A stretch of DNA of 64,000 nucleotides from Amoebophrya sp. A120 (taxonomy: Eukaryota; Protista; Dinoflagellata): assembly GCA_905178155.1 (NCBI GenBank), contig CAJINV010000007.1, positions 2,337,151 through 2,401,150 of the forward strand, written 5' to 3'. Shown here piece by piece: positions 26,801-39,613 of this stretch. The notes under the pieces are model-generated. The model ran no database searches, had not been told where the DNA came from, and saw nothing but the letters and a program-made list of their open reading frames with translations. A program made the position numbers and the translations under genes. How positions within the stretch are numbered: the stretch's first letter is position 1; the number at the start of each line of letters is the position of its first letter.

Positions 26801-29800
26801 GCCCGTGATCCTCCCCAAAAACTTCACGAGCGAGGTCTTCCCCGCCGACGTCGGACCCTCGAGCAACACCGGATAGCGCCCGCCGGACAAAATCCGAGCA
26901 ATGTTTTTCAGATTCCGCCGCACACTGGGCGTCACGAGGAAGTGCTTGTGTGCGTTCACGAAGTCCACATTCTGGTCCCCCTTCGTGATCCAGTAGTCCT
27001 CAATCTGGATGGCCTCTACCGCTCGGGAAGAAGTGGACGATATTACCTTCGCGCAGCTTGCATTCACTCTCTCCTCCACGTTTTCCATACTGGTCGAGCC
27101 GCAGTGCGCCAACGCTTTCGTCACCGTGTCGCCCTTGTCCTCGGCGATCGCAATTCGCGCGACCGGTTCTTGCTCCTTCTTCTTGGCCGCCTTGGACAGA
27201 GCCGGGTCCGCGCGGCCGAAGGTGGTGTAAAGATTCTTGGAAACGATCGCCGCGGAGGTGGTGGAGAGCGGAGTCGCGAATGCCATCAGCATACCCTCGA
27301 CCAGCGCCGTTACTGGCTCGACGCGGTGGATCAAATTCTCCTTCGTCATCAGAGAGACGGCGAACCGGAGCCCGCGCGTCAAATTTCGAAGAGAAAAATG
27401 CACGACCTTGTTTGCCCCGTCGACGAGCTGCCCAGAAATCGATTCCTGGCGGCAGAATTTGTAGAAGTCCACCAACTTCTGGATGGGCGGGTTTGGGAGC
27501 AGCCCTCTGGCCAAATATCCCCGCATCACAAGCTCCAAATCTTCCTCGCAGTCGACCTCGTCGACAAAAATCTCGGTAAAGCGGGACCGGATGCCGGCGG
27601 GTAGCTGCTTCTTCCCCGCGGAAGCGAGCGCCTGTTGCGACTGCTGCATCACAGGTTTATTTTTTGTTCTGGTGCTGGTGGTGTCCACCTCGCCATCAGC
27701 CTTCAACCGCTTTGCCGAAGGTTCTGCATCTTCACTACAGACACCTTCCTCCGCTCCGCTCTGCTCTAGTCCTTTCCTTCTGCCATTATATCCAATCGAC
27801 GGCAGAGTCGGTGGGTTCATGCAGGCGAAAATCCGGAAATTTTCGTGCGGGGTCACGCGCAAATCTCCACATTCGGACAAAGCTAATTCCTTCTTGTCCG
27901 TCGTATCGGAGCTACCGGAAACCAACCCCTGGATCCGCTGCAGCAGGTCGTTCGGCGCTAAATTCAGTTCGTCCAGAATGATCCACGCACCGGTGCGCAT
28001 TGCCTCGACTAAGAGTCCCTCTTTGAACTCGAATTTCAGTCCCCCGTTGCTGTACTGGTGCGACAGCTCTTCCGATTTCTTCCGCAAGTTGAACCAGAAC
28101 TGGGAGAGCTGGTGATCCTCTTCGGCGCTAGCGTCTTTTCTTTCCGCCATAGGTACTAGTTCAGAAGTCGCATCAGCAGTCGCAACTACACGACTACTTC
28201 TCCCTTTCAAATACTCGATCGCCTGTCCGGACACCTGCTTGAGGAATTTGAAAAAATTCCCCCACTTCTTCTGCCGAAACGCCTTCTGCACCTTTTCCAG
28301 GAGTTTCCGGTTCTGTTTCAAGGAAAAGGTCTCTTGGAAAAACTTCAGGAACTGGTTGAAAATCGCCGGCACTTCCTGGTTCAGCACGTCGACCGGGCGA
28401 AACCCGCCGACGAGCTCCTGCGCCTCGGATTGGTCGTTGAAGTTGTAGACGAAAACCTTCTGCCCGCAGAGTTCCGCGAACCGCTGAATAACGGTAGTTT
28501 TCCCGGTCCCCGTGTCCCCGACCAACAGACAGGGCTCGGAGTGCTTCGTCGCGGCCGCGAGTTGCCACAGCACGCGGGAGTGCACCGCAGTGCAGGCAAA
28601 GTTACTGTTTTGGATCTGCTTGCCGAGCTCGCGGGCGAGGGATTTAGAAGTAGTCGCGCTGTTGCTGATCGTGGCCAAAGAAACATCGTCGTTTTTCATT
28701 TTCGTTCCCGCTGCTTGCTTCAAAATCGCCTTCTGTTCTTGCTTCTCCTTTTTTCTCCGCTTCGCCTTGGAATTTCTCGTTTCGAACTCGTCTTCCGAGT
28801 GATCCTGGTCTTCGAACAAAACTTCCTTCACCAAATTGTCCTCGTTCAACGACAGGGTGCCGATGATCAGTTCCTTCTTTTTCCGATCGATCTCCGGCTT
28901 TTCAAGGCAGACCAACCGGTCCCCGACATCCACCAAATCCCAGAACTTCCGGACGCAGAGCTCGACACACTCGGAGCGGAGCTCTTTCGTGTTCAAGTTC
29001 GCGAAGAAGGTGGCGAGCAGGTGCCGGGCGAATTCCGTCCGCGAGTTCTCGGTGAAGTTCGGTTCGAAGGTCAAGTGTTGGATTCTCTTCGCCAGTTGAA
29101 AAAGTTCCCGCACGTTCAGCTTCCGGGCAGACAAATCTTTCGCGGTCAGGGTGGAAAGGTGCAGCTCCGTTTGCGCGAAGAACATGGTGTCGACCAGCTT
29201 TTCCGCGATAACCAGCGGCGTTTTTGGAAACTTCTGTCGCAGCATCTCGACCAGCTCGGGTTTCTCCGCAGAGGGGACGTGCAGCTTGTGCCAGCAGCCG
29301 ACGAGCGGCGGGATGGTGGTGGCCGTGCAGGTGAAGTCGAAGTCGAACAGATTTAGATTTTGCGACGTAGAACAAGTTCTTGCTGTAGTTGGTGCAGCGG
29401 CCGCAGTATGTTGAGAAATGTCTGCTGGTGAAGCAGCGTCAACCCGACAACCGTGGAGGTCCGGTTGTTTCCCCGCAGCTGCTGTCGATGTTGAAGAGAC
29501 CCGCATGGTTCCGAACAGCTGAAAGTTTTCGTGCGCTTTGATGACGACCTGCCTGTCCGCGAGCACCAGTTCCCGGGTCTGCGCGACGGAGTACAGTGCG
29601 GAGAGGATGTCCTCCGGGCAGGTGTCGATGTCTTCCAACACCAGCCACCGTCCCTCCTGCAAGGCTTGCGTCAGTACCCCGGCCTTCCACACGAACTCCC
29701 CCGCTTTCTCGCCGCTGGTGTAGCAGCCGAGCAGAGATTTGCTGTCCGTTTGCTCGTCGAAGAAAAGCGAAAGGGGTTGGAGTGGAGGATCGTGCATGCA

Positions 29801-31351
29801 GCTGTTATTTTCCTGCAACATGTTCTTGACACCTGCTTCACGACACTCTTCCCTCCACAGTTGCTCGATGAAGAAGCTTTTCCCGACCCCGCTGTCTCCC
29901 GTCAGCAGCAGCGGTTTCTTGGATTTCGCACAGAGGTGCATGCGCTGCAACAGGGCAGTCGATCGCTTCGTGGGAACGAAAGACGCGGGGGAAGAGGACG
30001 AGGAGGGTGTCGTTGTACCAGCAGCTGTTGACCCAGCAGTGCTCGGCACGACCGGCAGGATTGATGGCGCGGCACGGTTCGCGCTTTGTGCAACAGCTTG
30101 CTTGCTTCCCTTCGTTCCTTCCAGTGCCAGCTGTGCCCAGAGAGTATCTTGGTCCTCCACTGTGCCGGAAAGGTGTTGAAGAAGCGCGGCAGTACTCCGA
30201 TTCTTGTGTGCCGGAGACGGCGACTGGCTATACCTATGCACCATCGCGTCAGGCCCTGTATGATCCGCAAATGGAGACTGCGGACGCGACTTTGTCGTGC
30301 TGTGAGACTCTTCGTCTTTGTCACCGAAAAGCACATCCAGTAGTTCCTCGTGGTCCGCGCAATTCACCTTCTGAATCGCTTTTTGCAGCAGCAGTTCATC
30401 AAGTGCAGAGGCTGCTGTGACTTGCTGATGCGGATGATCAACGCCCCTGAAATTCTTTTCCAGAAACTGCTTCTCTTCATTCGCTGTGAGCCGCATCAGC
30501 TCCCGAAGAGCGCGCAGGCAGATGGCAAGGCGCGTCATCTCGTGGGCTGGTGTGTGGTTATCGCCGCGTGCGTTTTGTTTCCTGTTGTCCCGTGCTGGTC
30601 CTGTGATGGCTATGGCTTCGACCTGTGCCTCCCACATTCTCTGCGCAAAACGCACCGCAAACCGGTCACCCCGAAGCTCCGGCGCGAGGGCTATTACCGC
30701 AGATAGCAGGTGCCAGTCGGTTTCGACCGAAACAGTCTTTTCGGTCCTGAGCTCACGCTCGATGGCGGCTGAAAAGAGTGCCTTTTGCGCGTGCAAGAAA
30801 AGCGGCGAAACCGCGGCAACCGATTCAGGCTTTATTGAACGCGCACCATCGTCTGAAGCTCCAGGAAGTGCGACCACAGCAGCCCCTGCAACCGCGGAAA
30901 ACAGGTCTGGCGCTGTCTTTCGAAGATGATAGCACCACGGAGAGGGGGCGCGGCCAGAGCTGCCCGTGCTACTGCCGCTCTGTCTACTGCTTGGCGTTCT
31001 GCCGCTGGAACCAGCATCAGTTCCGCTGGGGGTCGTATTCCCTTTGAACAGCGGCGGGCTTTTGCTGCTAGCCGAGAGTCTAGTCGTCCCAGACGACGAG
31101 CCACACAAGGTCACAACGTCTTTCTGAATTTGGTCAAAAATCTGCCTCTCCAGCGCCTTGTCGGCAGCAGTGTAGGTGTCCGTATCTGGGACAATGACGT
31201 ACTTGTTGATCAGCTTCTGCAGAGTCCGACCCGTTTCCGGGTGCTTTGCAATTTCTTGCAAAGTCTGCCGCCGCCGGTGCCACAGGGCGGTCTCGGCCTC
31301 GGTTGCATCTGACGCCATTGTGCTCGACGAACAAGATGTTGGCATTTTCAT
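8880..31351 (-). CDS. MDN1: Midasin / Rea1 AAA+ ATPase (60S biogenesis), ~7,181 aa, 5 exons
   Basis: Six Walker A motifs (GDSGVGKS, GDTGTGKT, GPTSAGKT, GETGCGKT, GPPGVGKT, GGPNSGKT), Walker B/sensor motifs (WVILDELNLA, FATQNP, LSRAFRNRF), long linker, D/E-rich tail, C-terminal MIDAS (GDYKTGKRLSMRKVI, WLRRTKPSKREYQ, DNSQSM). Introns: two non-canonical (290 bp at ~24761-25050, 156 bp at ~13756-13911) and two GT-AG (12460-12710, 12057-12285). All keep the frame. Confidence 0.95.
13756..13906. mobile_element. Introner/MITE-like non-canonical intron in midasin (151 bp + 5-bp DR TCTCG)
   Basis: Left end tatccacagtaaatttcccgtacacgtacaa pairs with right end ttgtacatgtacgggaaatttgtattgcata. TCTCG at 13751-13755 and 13907-13911. 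Removing 156 bp gives …ESCIEIVGASSQLIAQL… and deletes an in-frame stop. Confidence 0.88.
24761..25045. mobile_element. Introner/MITE-like non-canonical intron in midasin (285 bp + 5-bp DR CAACG)
   Basis: 32-bp TIR tatcctgagtaaaaacatccccacaccagagt with one mismatch. CAACG at 24756-24760 and 25046-25050. Removing 290 bp rebuilds the conserved midasin motif GKKELSPALRNRF. Confidence 0.95.
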
Positions 31352-33067
31352 TTTTTCACAATCTTCTTGTTTGTATTGTATTCAACATCACAAGGCCGGG
31401 ATACAAAGACGATAGGTCAAGGTCAACTAAGACGTAAATGTAAATACGTGCATGTGTTTTTTTCTTGCCATCGAATCGTCTTGGTTGTGAAAGTATGCAC
31501 TAGAAGCAAGTTGTACTTCGTTCTTGTTCTTTTTTTCTAGCATGTCGTTTTTTTCACGTATCTTATCATGCGTTCTTCGCTACGAGTGCGTCGACCTATT
31601 CTTTCTACTGACCTGGAGTTTCAAAGCATAAAGAAGCAGCAAGTCATATTATTCAGCGAAGTTTCATTTCAGGATCACAAAATACCATGAGCGAAAAAAT
31701 TTTGCGTCATGATCTTCGTCGGATCTTCATCCCCACCACCTCATGATGGCTCACTTTGATTTGGATCACGTTAGAAAGAACAGAACCACGATGGTGCACA
31801 TCTGTGATGCACCGATTTGGTTGTGGTGCTGGTGTGCCAGATGTTGATCTTCTGATTCCATCCAATGCTATGATCAGGATCGGGATCGCTTGTTATTTGT
31901 ATTTCTCCGTAATGCATAATGCACGACAGCACACTCTTCAGAAGATCGCTTTGAACTTGCGAGAGCCCCGAGCCCGTGATCATAAATCGATAGAACACGC
32001 TCGGGTGCGTGCTGCGGTAAACTTCCTTCTTCGAACGGACACGATACTATCATGCGCCGTTGAGGAACAGGATCGGTTTTTTTCGAATACACAATCCATT
32101 TAGGCTGAGGAGCTCACGTATAACACTAAATTCAGATCTACTGACGTTCACACTTTCAACCGCAGGACCAGGAGGACGAGTCTGGATCTGCTACTTCTTG
32201 TGTGTCATGACTTTCGCGATCTGTTGCGCCCGTTGGAGTCGGACTGTATCTGCTTAGCGAATAATCGTTGGCGGATATCTGCTTGGCGGAGCTACATGTA
32301 CATGCGTAACATCAGGAACCGACCACGATTGCCACAGAAGCACTACAGCGGACGTCTTGGAGGTTAAGTCCTGCAAACACAATCACAAAAACAGCTGCTC
32401 CGATCGTCCGTGTACTTCTACTTACTCCAATAATCTAAATCAAATAAGAATGACACAGATCATCAGACACGATATTCACATGAAGCGGTGAGCGTGAGTA
32501 TACAAAATTGATGTTGGATAAAAGGCAAATTTAGTTGTTGTAGAAAGATTAAGATAACGAAGAAACTACATAGCGATAGCGAAAGTGAAATTCTAGGGAC
32601 GCAGCAATGTGAAATCTTTCCAACTGTTCGCCCGTGTTGTGGAAAGAAGATGGCGCGCGCTTCATACAAAATTGTGAAAAAAATACCCGCATTCCTGGAG
32701 AAGCAGGCTTCTGCATTTCGATTTCTGGGAAAGAAGGCAACTGCTTCTTTCGCTTTTCAAAATTCAATCTCAAAGTTATGTATAGAGAAAAAAGTGTAAG
32801 TACCACTAGCGTTCTTTTGAATCAATGATAGACCACATGATGATGCTGTGTAAGTGTAAGTCTACGTCGTGTATGACTATGATCATGCAGCATTTGCATA
32901 AACCCTATTGGAGATAAAGTTAAAGATAAAGAACACCTCCACTCATGGCTCCTGCGGAGCCCGTATGATTGGAGACGAAGAAAAGATGTTCATGTTGATC
33001 TCTATGTGGAAAGGCACAATAGCTGCTGCAATATCTTACTTTGTTTCTTTTCTTCAATGATCAAGGT

Positions 33068-33628
33068 TCACTTTCTCCCCAGACCTCGAGGCCCATTCAC
33101 GGGCCCACGACGAGCAGCAAAACCCTCCGCGTGACGTACAGCAAGTTCCGCTTCACGCGCCCACTGTGCATCCTCTCGAGACTGCAACTGCGCTACCTTT
33201 GCCTGTATCGCTCCGCGCAGTTCCTGCATGACCTGATCCTTTTTGTTTTTCCATTCGATCGTCTCCTCATCTTTACGAGATGCTCTAATTCGCCTATCAT
33301 CGTCGGGTTGTAGGCCACCTGGAGCTCCGTCCGCCGGAGATATGAAGAAACTTCGGTCCCTCCAATCCGCAAACAACAAGGGTGAGAGAATAGTCATGGC
33401 GGTATTCGTCAACGTTTGGCTTCCGCGTTCCCTGAGCTTGCCCACGAAAGCGGTTCCTCCCAGGAAGCCGGCCTTGGAATTGCCCATGAGCTCGTCCACC
33501 CGGAAACCTTCGGCGCAGGGAGCCGCCGTGTCTCGGTCCGTGCCTCTCCAAAATGGTTCTATTTTCGAGCAGACATTTCCTCGAAGAGTCTCCTCTAGTT
33601 CAACATCTGTCGCCTCGAGCGTAGACAT
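33068..33628 (-). CDS. Hypothetical coding segment (186 aa); possibly the last exon of the upstream kinase gene
   Basis: Open frame with codon style like neighbouring genes and a short coiled-coil-like C-terminus. No recognisable family motif. Confidence 0.4.
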   Translation of the reverse strand: MSTLEATDVELEETLRGNVCSKIEPFWRGTDRDTAAPCAEGFRVDELMGNSKAGFLGGTAFVGKLRERGSQTLTNTAMTILSPLLFADWRDRSFFISPADGAPGGLQPDDDRRIRASRKDEETIEWKNKKDQVMQELRGAIQAKVAQLQSREDAQWAREAELAVRHAEGFAARRGPVNGPRGLGRK

Positions 33629-34980
33629 TCCCTTTTCCGTTGCTGATCAACCAGAAAAATTAAAGTGTTGGCGTTAACGGTTTCAATACACAGCTAATTG
33701 CAATCGCACATGGACATGTTGACAGTACATTCCATCTATCTTCATGCGTTATTGCATCTTCTTCCCAAATTCAAACTGATATTGATGAAATTGCGATCTT
33801 CACGTTGGCGCCTTGACTTTGATTTCCTGCGATAGGTCCCAACCTTCGAGCTTCGTCAGGCACTGCCGGAAAGGAGAAATGTTGGCGTCCTCTTCACCCA
33901 GTATCACAAGGAAAAAGAAACACAATGACACATTGTTTGTTGTTGTTCCTTCCATCATCATCAGGTAGTGGGCATCCCCCGCCCCCAGCGCCACAGGCCG
34001 AAGATCTCTTGCCTGGGGGTGGGTGAGGAAGCACCTTCGGCGACCTCAACATGCAAAAACAAGCACTACCTCGATATGTCTCCACGCACAGAAAGCCGGC
34101 TTGTCGGGAACGTACCACACCCGAGGTTCGATATTAATTTTAGCCTTGCCAGCAAGCAAATAAGCGCGACGCCCCATATAAAAGGAGCCCGGAGCTGACC
34201 CATTTTAACCCGTATAACTTTTTACTTCTTGTAGCTTTGCAATGCAGTAGAGATGACAAGAAAGGAAACACGTATGCATCTAGTTAGACTTCCGAGCACG
34301 TCTGCTGGCATGACAGAGCTTGTCTGCCTTGCTTGACCGCCTCGTGCGACACAATGTGCAACTGCATCCCGACTTTTTTCTTTGCAAACCAAGCAGCTCG
34401 AACGCAGTGAAGGAGAAGCCAATCAGATTATCATGTGCAAAAACGTAACAGCGACCCCGCATTTCATCTCATGTGAAGCTGCATGGTGTTGGTGCGCAGA
34501 AGATCTCTCGTGCGCATCCACCCTCCTGCGGCAGCTCCTGCCTTTTTTTTGTTATAGTTGTGTTCGGAAATTTGTTCTGCTCTGCTACTCCTCAAAATAA
34601 CAGGTGTTGAGCAGGTTTGCCGAGCGGCTGCACCAGCTCGGCCTGACTACAGTGCAAATTCAAACTTGTAACGCGTGCGGGCCGGAAGCAAAACTTCTGG
34701 ATATCCTGCCAAGCAGATTCTTTCTCATCCTGACTGTGTATGGGGTCATACGGGGATCTGTTTTTACTACTCATACAGGTCCGTCCTCGGGTGAGCCAAG
34801 AATTGTTTGTTACACTGGTGAGGTTCTTTCCGAAAGTGTTCAAAATGTGCAAAGTCAACGCAAGATCCTGGAAAAGCACCCATCTCTATCCATTTTCTGC
34901 ATGACGACCACCACAAACATTGAACATTATGCATGTTTTGCATGACTAATTGGATGACGATGAGTGTTTTCGCCTGGATA

Positions 34981-36950
34981 CGTAGCCCGCCGTACCCGGC
35001 AAGTCTGTCGACAAATCAACATTGTTGAAAAACACGTTCATGAGCCGTTTGGGATCAGTGGACGCCTCCCATCGAACCAGTACCGAAATCCCGAAGTCGA
35101 GAATGAGTGGACGAGAAAGCCGCGCTTTTTCCACAGATGTTGTTACCCCTCTCCTGTAGTTGTGCAGAGCACGCGCAACAGGCTTGTCACTGTGGAGCAG
35201 GAAAGGCAAGGCGACATTATTCGGATTGAGGTCCTGATGGACAAGGCCGAGTTTCTCGAAGTCTTATGGCGTTGCCAAACAAAAACATTAAAAAATGAAC
35301 CCCTGTTGCATTCTACCTCATATATTTTGGTGAAGATTTATTTTCATACACATACTCAAGCGTAATATCACCTTCCGCATCATCTATTGGAACCGTTTGG
35401 CTCGTGTCGAAGCCTGCTGGATGGAACCGGTGGAATCTTCTGACCTGCTGAATAGCACTCGGGGAGTCCGACGTGCCACATTTGTTTGCATATGCAGGAA
35501 GCGGTCATAGACATAGTGCGCGACTACGTCCATGTCGTGCATCTGTATGTTTTCCTTTTTCAATTTCTTTTTTTTTTGCACTCAACCCGATAAATCACAA
35601 GATTTAAGTAGAACCTGCTGCGGAAAATTATGCTGCAGGGTGCACCGGTAGTCTAATATCTAACGCGTGACAACGCCATACGTCTGCAAGGCAACGTCGA
35701 AAATGGTCTGTGAAAGCATCAGGATCAAATGTCTCCTTTGTCAAGCGACCAGCGTGTGACTTCTTCGCCCTGTTCCCAAGAGGCTGCCCGCGCTCCATTA
35801 TCATGCACACTTCAAGCAAAGTGTTTTCCGCGCTGCCGTTCTCACCTGGGACTTGTTGCTTTTGAAAAACTGCGGCTGTTAGAGAGTGGAGGTGTGGAAC
35901 GCAATGCATCCCCGCCCCAGAAGCAGATGTACTGAGAGTGGTCCTCTTTTTCTCTCGCAAGGTCAGAAAGCGGTGAAGGAAAATCTCGACCATTCGCTCG
36001 CTCCACCACACTCTGTTAAAATTGATCCACCATGAAGCAGCGATGCTTTCATGTTGTTCTGGCAGGTTTACCAACATGCGTTGGCATTTTCGCGCGTACT
36101 TCCCATACGGATTGAGTGGCGGTTCCTGTGGCCCTCTGAGCGGCTGAACGCTCCCATAGCTCCCCCTTCCAAGGAGATTTGACCCGCTCCCGCCAGCTGG
36201 GTAGAAGTCCGCTGGAAGGCCGCTAACAGGTGGTATACTGGCTACGTAGTTTTGTTTTTCCCTCATCACTGCATCCTGGTCCCGTGGATTAGCATTAAAG
36301 TCCTTCTGCAGCCGGATTCTGCGTGTTGCTGGAGAGGTCGTGCTCAACCAGCTGCTACCCGAACCGAAATCCTCTCGCATCGCTTCCAGAATCGTGTTTG
36401 CATGACCAGCCGGGTCCTGCCACCACGGAAAAAATTCTGGTAAGAAATTCTTCCGCTGCTCCTCTAAGTTGTCAAGGTGGTCTAGCAAGGCTCTACCCAA
36501 CCACCCCGCAAAAGCCTGCGACAGTTCCCCGTCGTAAACGTACCACGCATAATTTTGTGCTTGCTCTGCTTCGTGCAGTGCCACTGCCAACGCGGTTTCT
36601 TGAACCCACGTCGATGCTTGAAATCGTTGCGCATTCTTGATGCCGCGATCCTGTTGTTCCGGCCCGTACACGAGTAGAAGTCCGCCGTCGATCGCTCGCG
36701 GGTCCGGTTGCGGTTGTTCTTCCCCCAGGTCGGTGTCCACGAACAAATTGGTCTCGTTCTTCGCTTGGAGACTTTGCACTTTTGGGTGCTCCAGAAGTCT
36801 CAGAGCCTTGCACAGGAAAATTGGGGAGGTCCAAGAGGGACCACAGTACTGCCAGGCGAATAAAATCGTCGTGCCTAGTATCGGAGACCTGCCGAACGAA
36901 ACCCTGCTTGTTGTTCTCAGCATTTCGTTTTTTGTGCGCTTCAAAAACAA
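34981..36950 (-). CDS. Divergent Ser/Thr protein kinase with hydrophobic N-terminus (3' exons unresolved)
   Basis: Gly loop LLGRGSYGSV, YARK (VAIK lysine), IMERG. After removing the 35265-35680 element the frame continues LVHQDLNPNNV … LILDFGIS … PGTAGY. Downstream exons probably lie in 33.0-34.8 kb (e.g. LIGFSFTAFELLG near 34380-34425) but could not be joined confidently. Confidence 0.75.
35265..35680. mobile_element. Introner/MITE-like non-canonical intron in the kinase gene (416 bp + imperfect 5-bp DR agtct/cgtct)
   Basis: TIR tatggcgttgcca … tgacaacgccata (12/13). Removing 421 bp joins …RCLAD to FEKLGLVHQDLNPNN in frame. Confidence 0.82.
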
Positions 36951-38455
36951 AAAGTAGACAAAGATATTACTCTTCTAGCAGGATAAATCATAGTTGGTAC
37001 ATTGGGTGGTTGCGCTTTCGCCTCGTACTATCAAGTTCAGGCACAAAAGCACCCGAGTTGTAAAAGAAAACTTACAGCAAAGTTACAGATAGTCCATGAA
37101 GCAGCAGCCACAGTAAACTACACGGCACTTCAAAATACTAAATTCGCGTGACTTGAAATGATGCGTCAAGAACAAGATTATTTTTCCAACAAACAAAAGT
37201 CAAAGTAGGGCCAATTGGTCTCAATGACTGTATGCTTTGTGCGTGGCCTGCTTCTGTATGCAGACAACTTGTTCCATGCACGGACATCTCTTCGAAAGAA
37301 CGGCAACTAAATGTTCGAGTGATTACTAATCACGGCACCGAAAGGGAAAGACACCATGTTGATTCTGTCTCAGACAGATGCAGCGTAGCAAGTAGCAAGA
37401 GCCCACAAGTATGTTACTCAATTGATGTCGTGACCTATAAATACTTTCAAGATCACGTGAGTTTGTGAGCACCAGGACCACGACATATCGACTATCAAGT
37501 ACTTAGTCTCCTGCTCCGCCTGCAAAATTATATAATGTGTCGTTCGACCGATCCACCTAATGCCAAGTAACCGAACGTATGGGCACTAATCATCGTGCCC
37601 ATCATGCATGATCTGACTGTGCGACCGATGTCGAATGCAATGAATGGTTAACAGAAGCAAGATAGATAAATCTCTTTTCTTTCGTGCCGGTCATGTTGAT
37701 ACGTTTTTCCGAGTCTAGATGTTTGTACCGATGCTACTCTCCGTCCCCTGCAGGCTGAGAGCTATTACAAATACAAAGTGATGGAATGGCTTTGCCAAAA
37801 GGCAACGCTACGAGTTTTCTTAGAGTCGATGCAGAGATATCTGAAAGTGAAGATTGGAGGACCACTTGTTCAATTCTGTCAGGAAACGAAGACTTGACCT
37901 GCTGGCTGCCAGCTCCTTGGCTGTGTGGCCTACTGTTTTTTTCTTCTGAAGATTTACACGGTAAAGAACAGAATTCTCAGATCCTCGCTTTGAACCTGTG
38001 GGACTGGGCCAACGGCGACCGAACTTTATCACGACACGCCCGGGGGCGTGCTGTGGTAAAATTCAAACTTCCTGGACAAGGACCTGCCGTGATTTTGTCT
38101 GGAAACAAAAGAAGCTGTGCTTCACGCACACGAAATCAAACAAAAGTAGCACCCCAAAGATCGCAAAACTTTCTCCGCGGATTAAGTTTAAGATTCCACT
38201 TCCCCGAGTGCGTGGCATTATCTTCGCAAATGGATTTGAATCTGTACTACAATCAGGTACCTGCCTGTACGTTCAAATCTATTGCGCTTTTTGCAAGCCA
38301 ACGTTTTATTTGTAGTGATGATCCTGGTGGTCAGAATCAACGGATCCAATTCCAAGTAGCGCCAAAACTGCTTACGCTTTCTTTACCTCTTTCATCTTTG
38401 AAGGGGTTTAGTTTTGAAACCTGCACTCTACGAAAAATCATCATGCCATCGTATC

Positions 38456-39613
38456 TTACAATCCCAACTCACTAGCTAGATTCGCAGTTTCCTGTTCCCG
38501 CTTCGCGTCTGCTTTTCCAGCAGTTTCCCTCATCGCTTTCACCTGCTTTTCCAGCGTTTGCGCTTTTTTCTTCATATCTTCCAACTGTTTGGTAACTTTG
38601 TTTTTTTCCGTCGCCACCTGGTCCCTCTCTCCCACTAGCAGCTCCTCCTTCTTCCACTGATTCTGCTTCATTTCGTCTATTTCTTCCGCGAAGTTGGCCC
38701 GCAATTTTTCCTCTAAAGCGTGCAAATCTTCCTTCCGCTTTGCCTCGCACGCTCTTTCCACCTCCGCCACCACCCGCTCCACGAACTTCGATTCCGCGTC
38801 CTCTCGTCCCATCGCCGCGCGCTCGCGAGCAACGGCCGTGTCGTCCTCCACTTGCACGGCCAGCACCACCTTCTCCCGCTCCATCTCTTTGATCTGCTGC
38901 ATCCGGAGCCACGCGTCCTGGTGCACGCGCTTCAAAAGCTCGAGCTGCATCAAACTCGAGTTTGAATCTGTGGGAAAGGTCCCGCACAGCTTGCACTGCT
39001 GGCCGTGCTGGGCGAAATTGGCGGAAAGGTGTTTCTTCACGAGCATGCGGTACCTCTCAAAGTCCGCGGCGGGGGTGAGGGAAGTTGTGTCGTTTGCGAG
39101 TGAAGGTGTCGCTCGTGCCGTGGCCGTGGACGAGGAATTATCCCTGACGTTCGACGTCCCCGGATGAAAGGGGCCGGCGATGTTTGATTGCGCGCGGTGG
39201 TCCACCTCCACCTCGTCGCGCGTAGCAGCTAACTCAAAAACCTTACGAGTAGCGCTTTCCCACAGAATTCCCGTGCGGGTTCCAGACGCGATGGCCATCT
39301 GCCGCTTGGTCAACAGCAAGTCTTCGCGCAGGGCTTGCTTGTCCTGCTGCAGCTCCTCGATCTTCGCCTTTGCGTGCTGCAGCTCGAGCACCGCAAAGGA
39401 ACTCGAGCTAGCCCGGTCGAACATCTTTTGTGTTGCCTTGTCCACGCTGGAAACTCCATGTAGTTGCCCGAGCTTTTGCGCAGGTACAACTCGGCATCCC
39501 AGGTGGGCTGGGGCTTCGCACTGCTGAGCCGTGAAGCCGGCCGGCGAGCGCTCGCAACCGCCCTCGTCCAGGTAGTGCGTCCCATAGGTCAGATTTGAGC
39601 TGCGGCGCGCCAT
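38456..39613 (-). CDS. Coiled-coil protein of unknown function (probably one exon of a longer gene)
   Basis: 385-aa ORF with E/K/Q-rich heptad stretches and one CxxC (CKLC). A GTGAGT donor-like site lies just before the stop. Confidence 0.6.
   Translation of the reverse strand: MARRSSNLTYGTHYLDEGGCERSPAGFTAQQCEAPAHLGCRVVPAQKLGQLHGVSSVDKATQKMFDRASSSSFAVLELQHAKAKIEELQQDKQALREDLLLTKRQMAIASGTRTGILWESATRKVFELAATRDEVEVDHRAQSNIAGPFHPGTSNVRDNSSSTATARATPSLANDTTSLTPAADFERYRMLVKKHLSANFAQHGQQCKLCGTFPTDSNSSLMQLELLKRVHQDAWLRMQQIKEMEREKVVLAVQVEDDTAVARERAAMGREDAESKFVERVVAEVERACEAKRKEDLHALEEKLRANFAEEIDEMKQNQWKKEELLVGERDQVATEKNKVTKQLEDMKKKAQTLEKQVKAMRETAGKADAKREQETANLASELGL

Noticed and set aside
34955-34985. 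Orphan TIR-like end (tatccaggcg|aaaa read inward from 34980) as a twelfth introner
   Set aside because: It fits the terminal consensus, but I found no partner end with a matching 5-bp repeat, and it may simply be a GT donor. Left unresolved.
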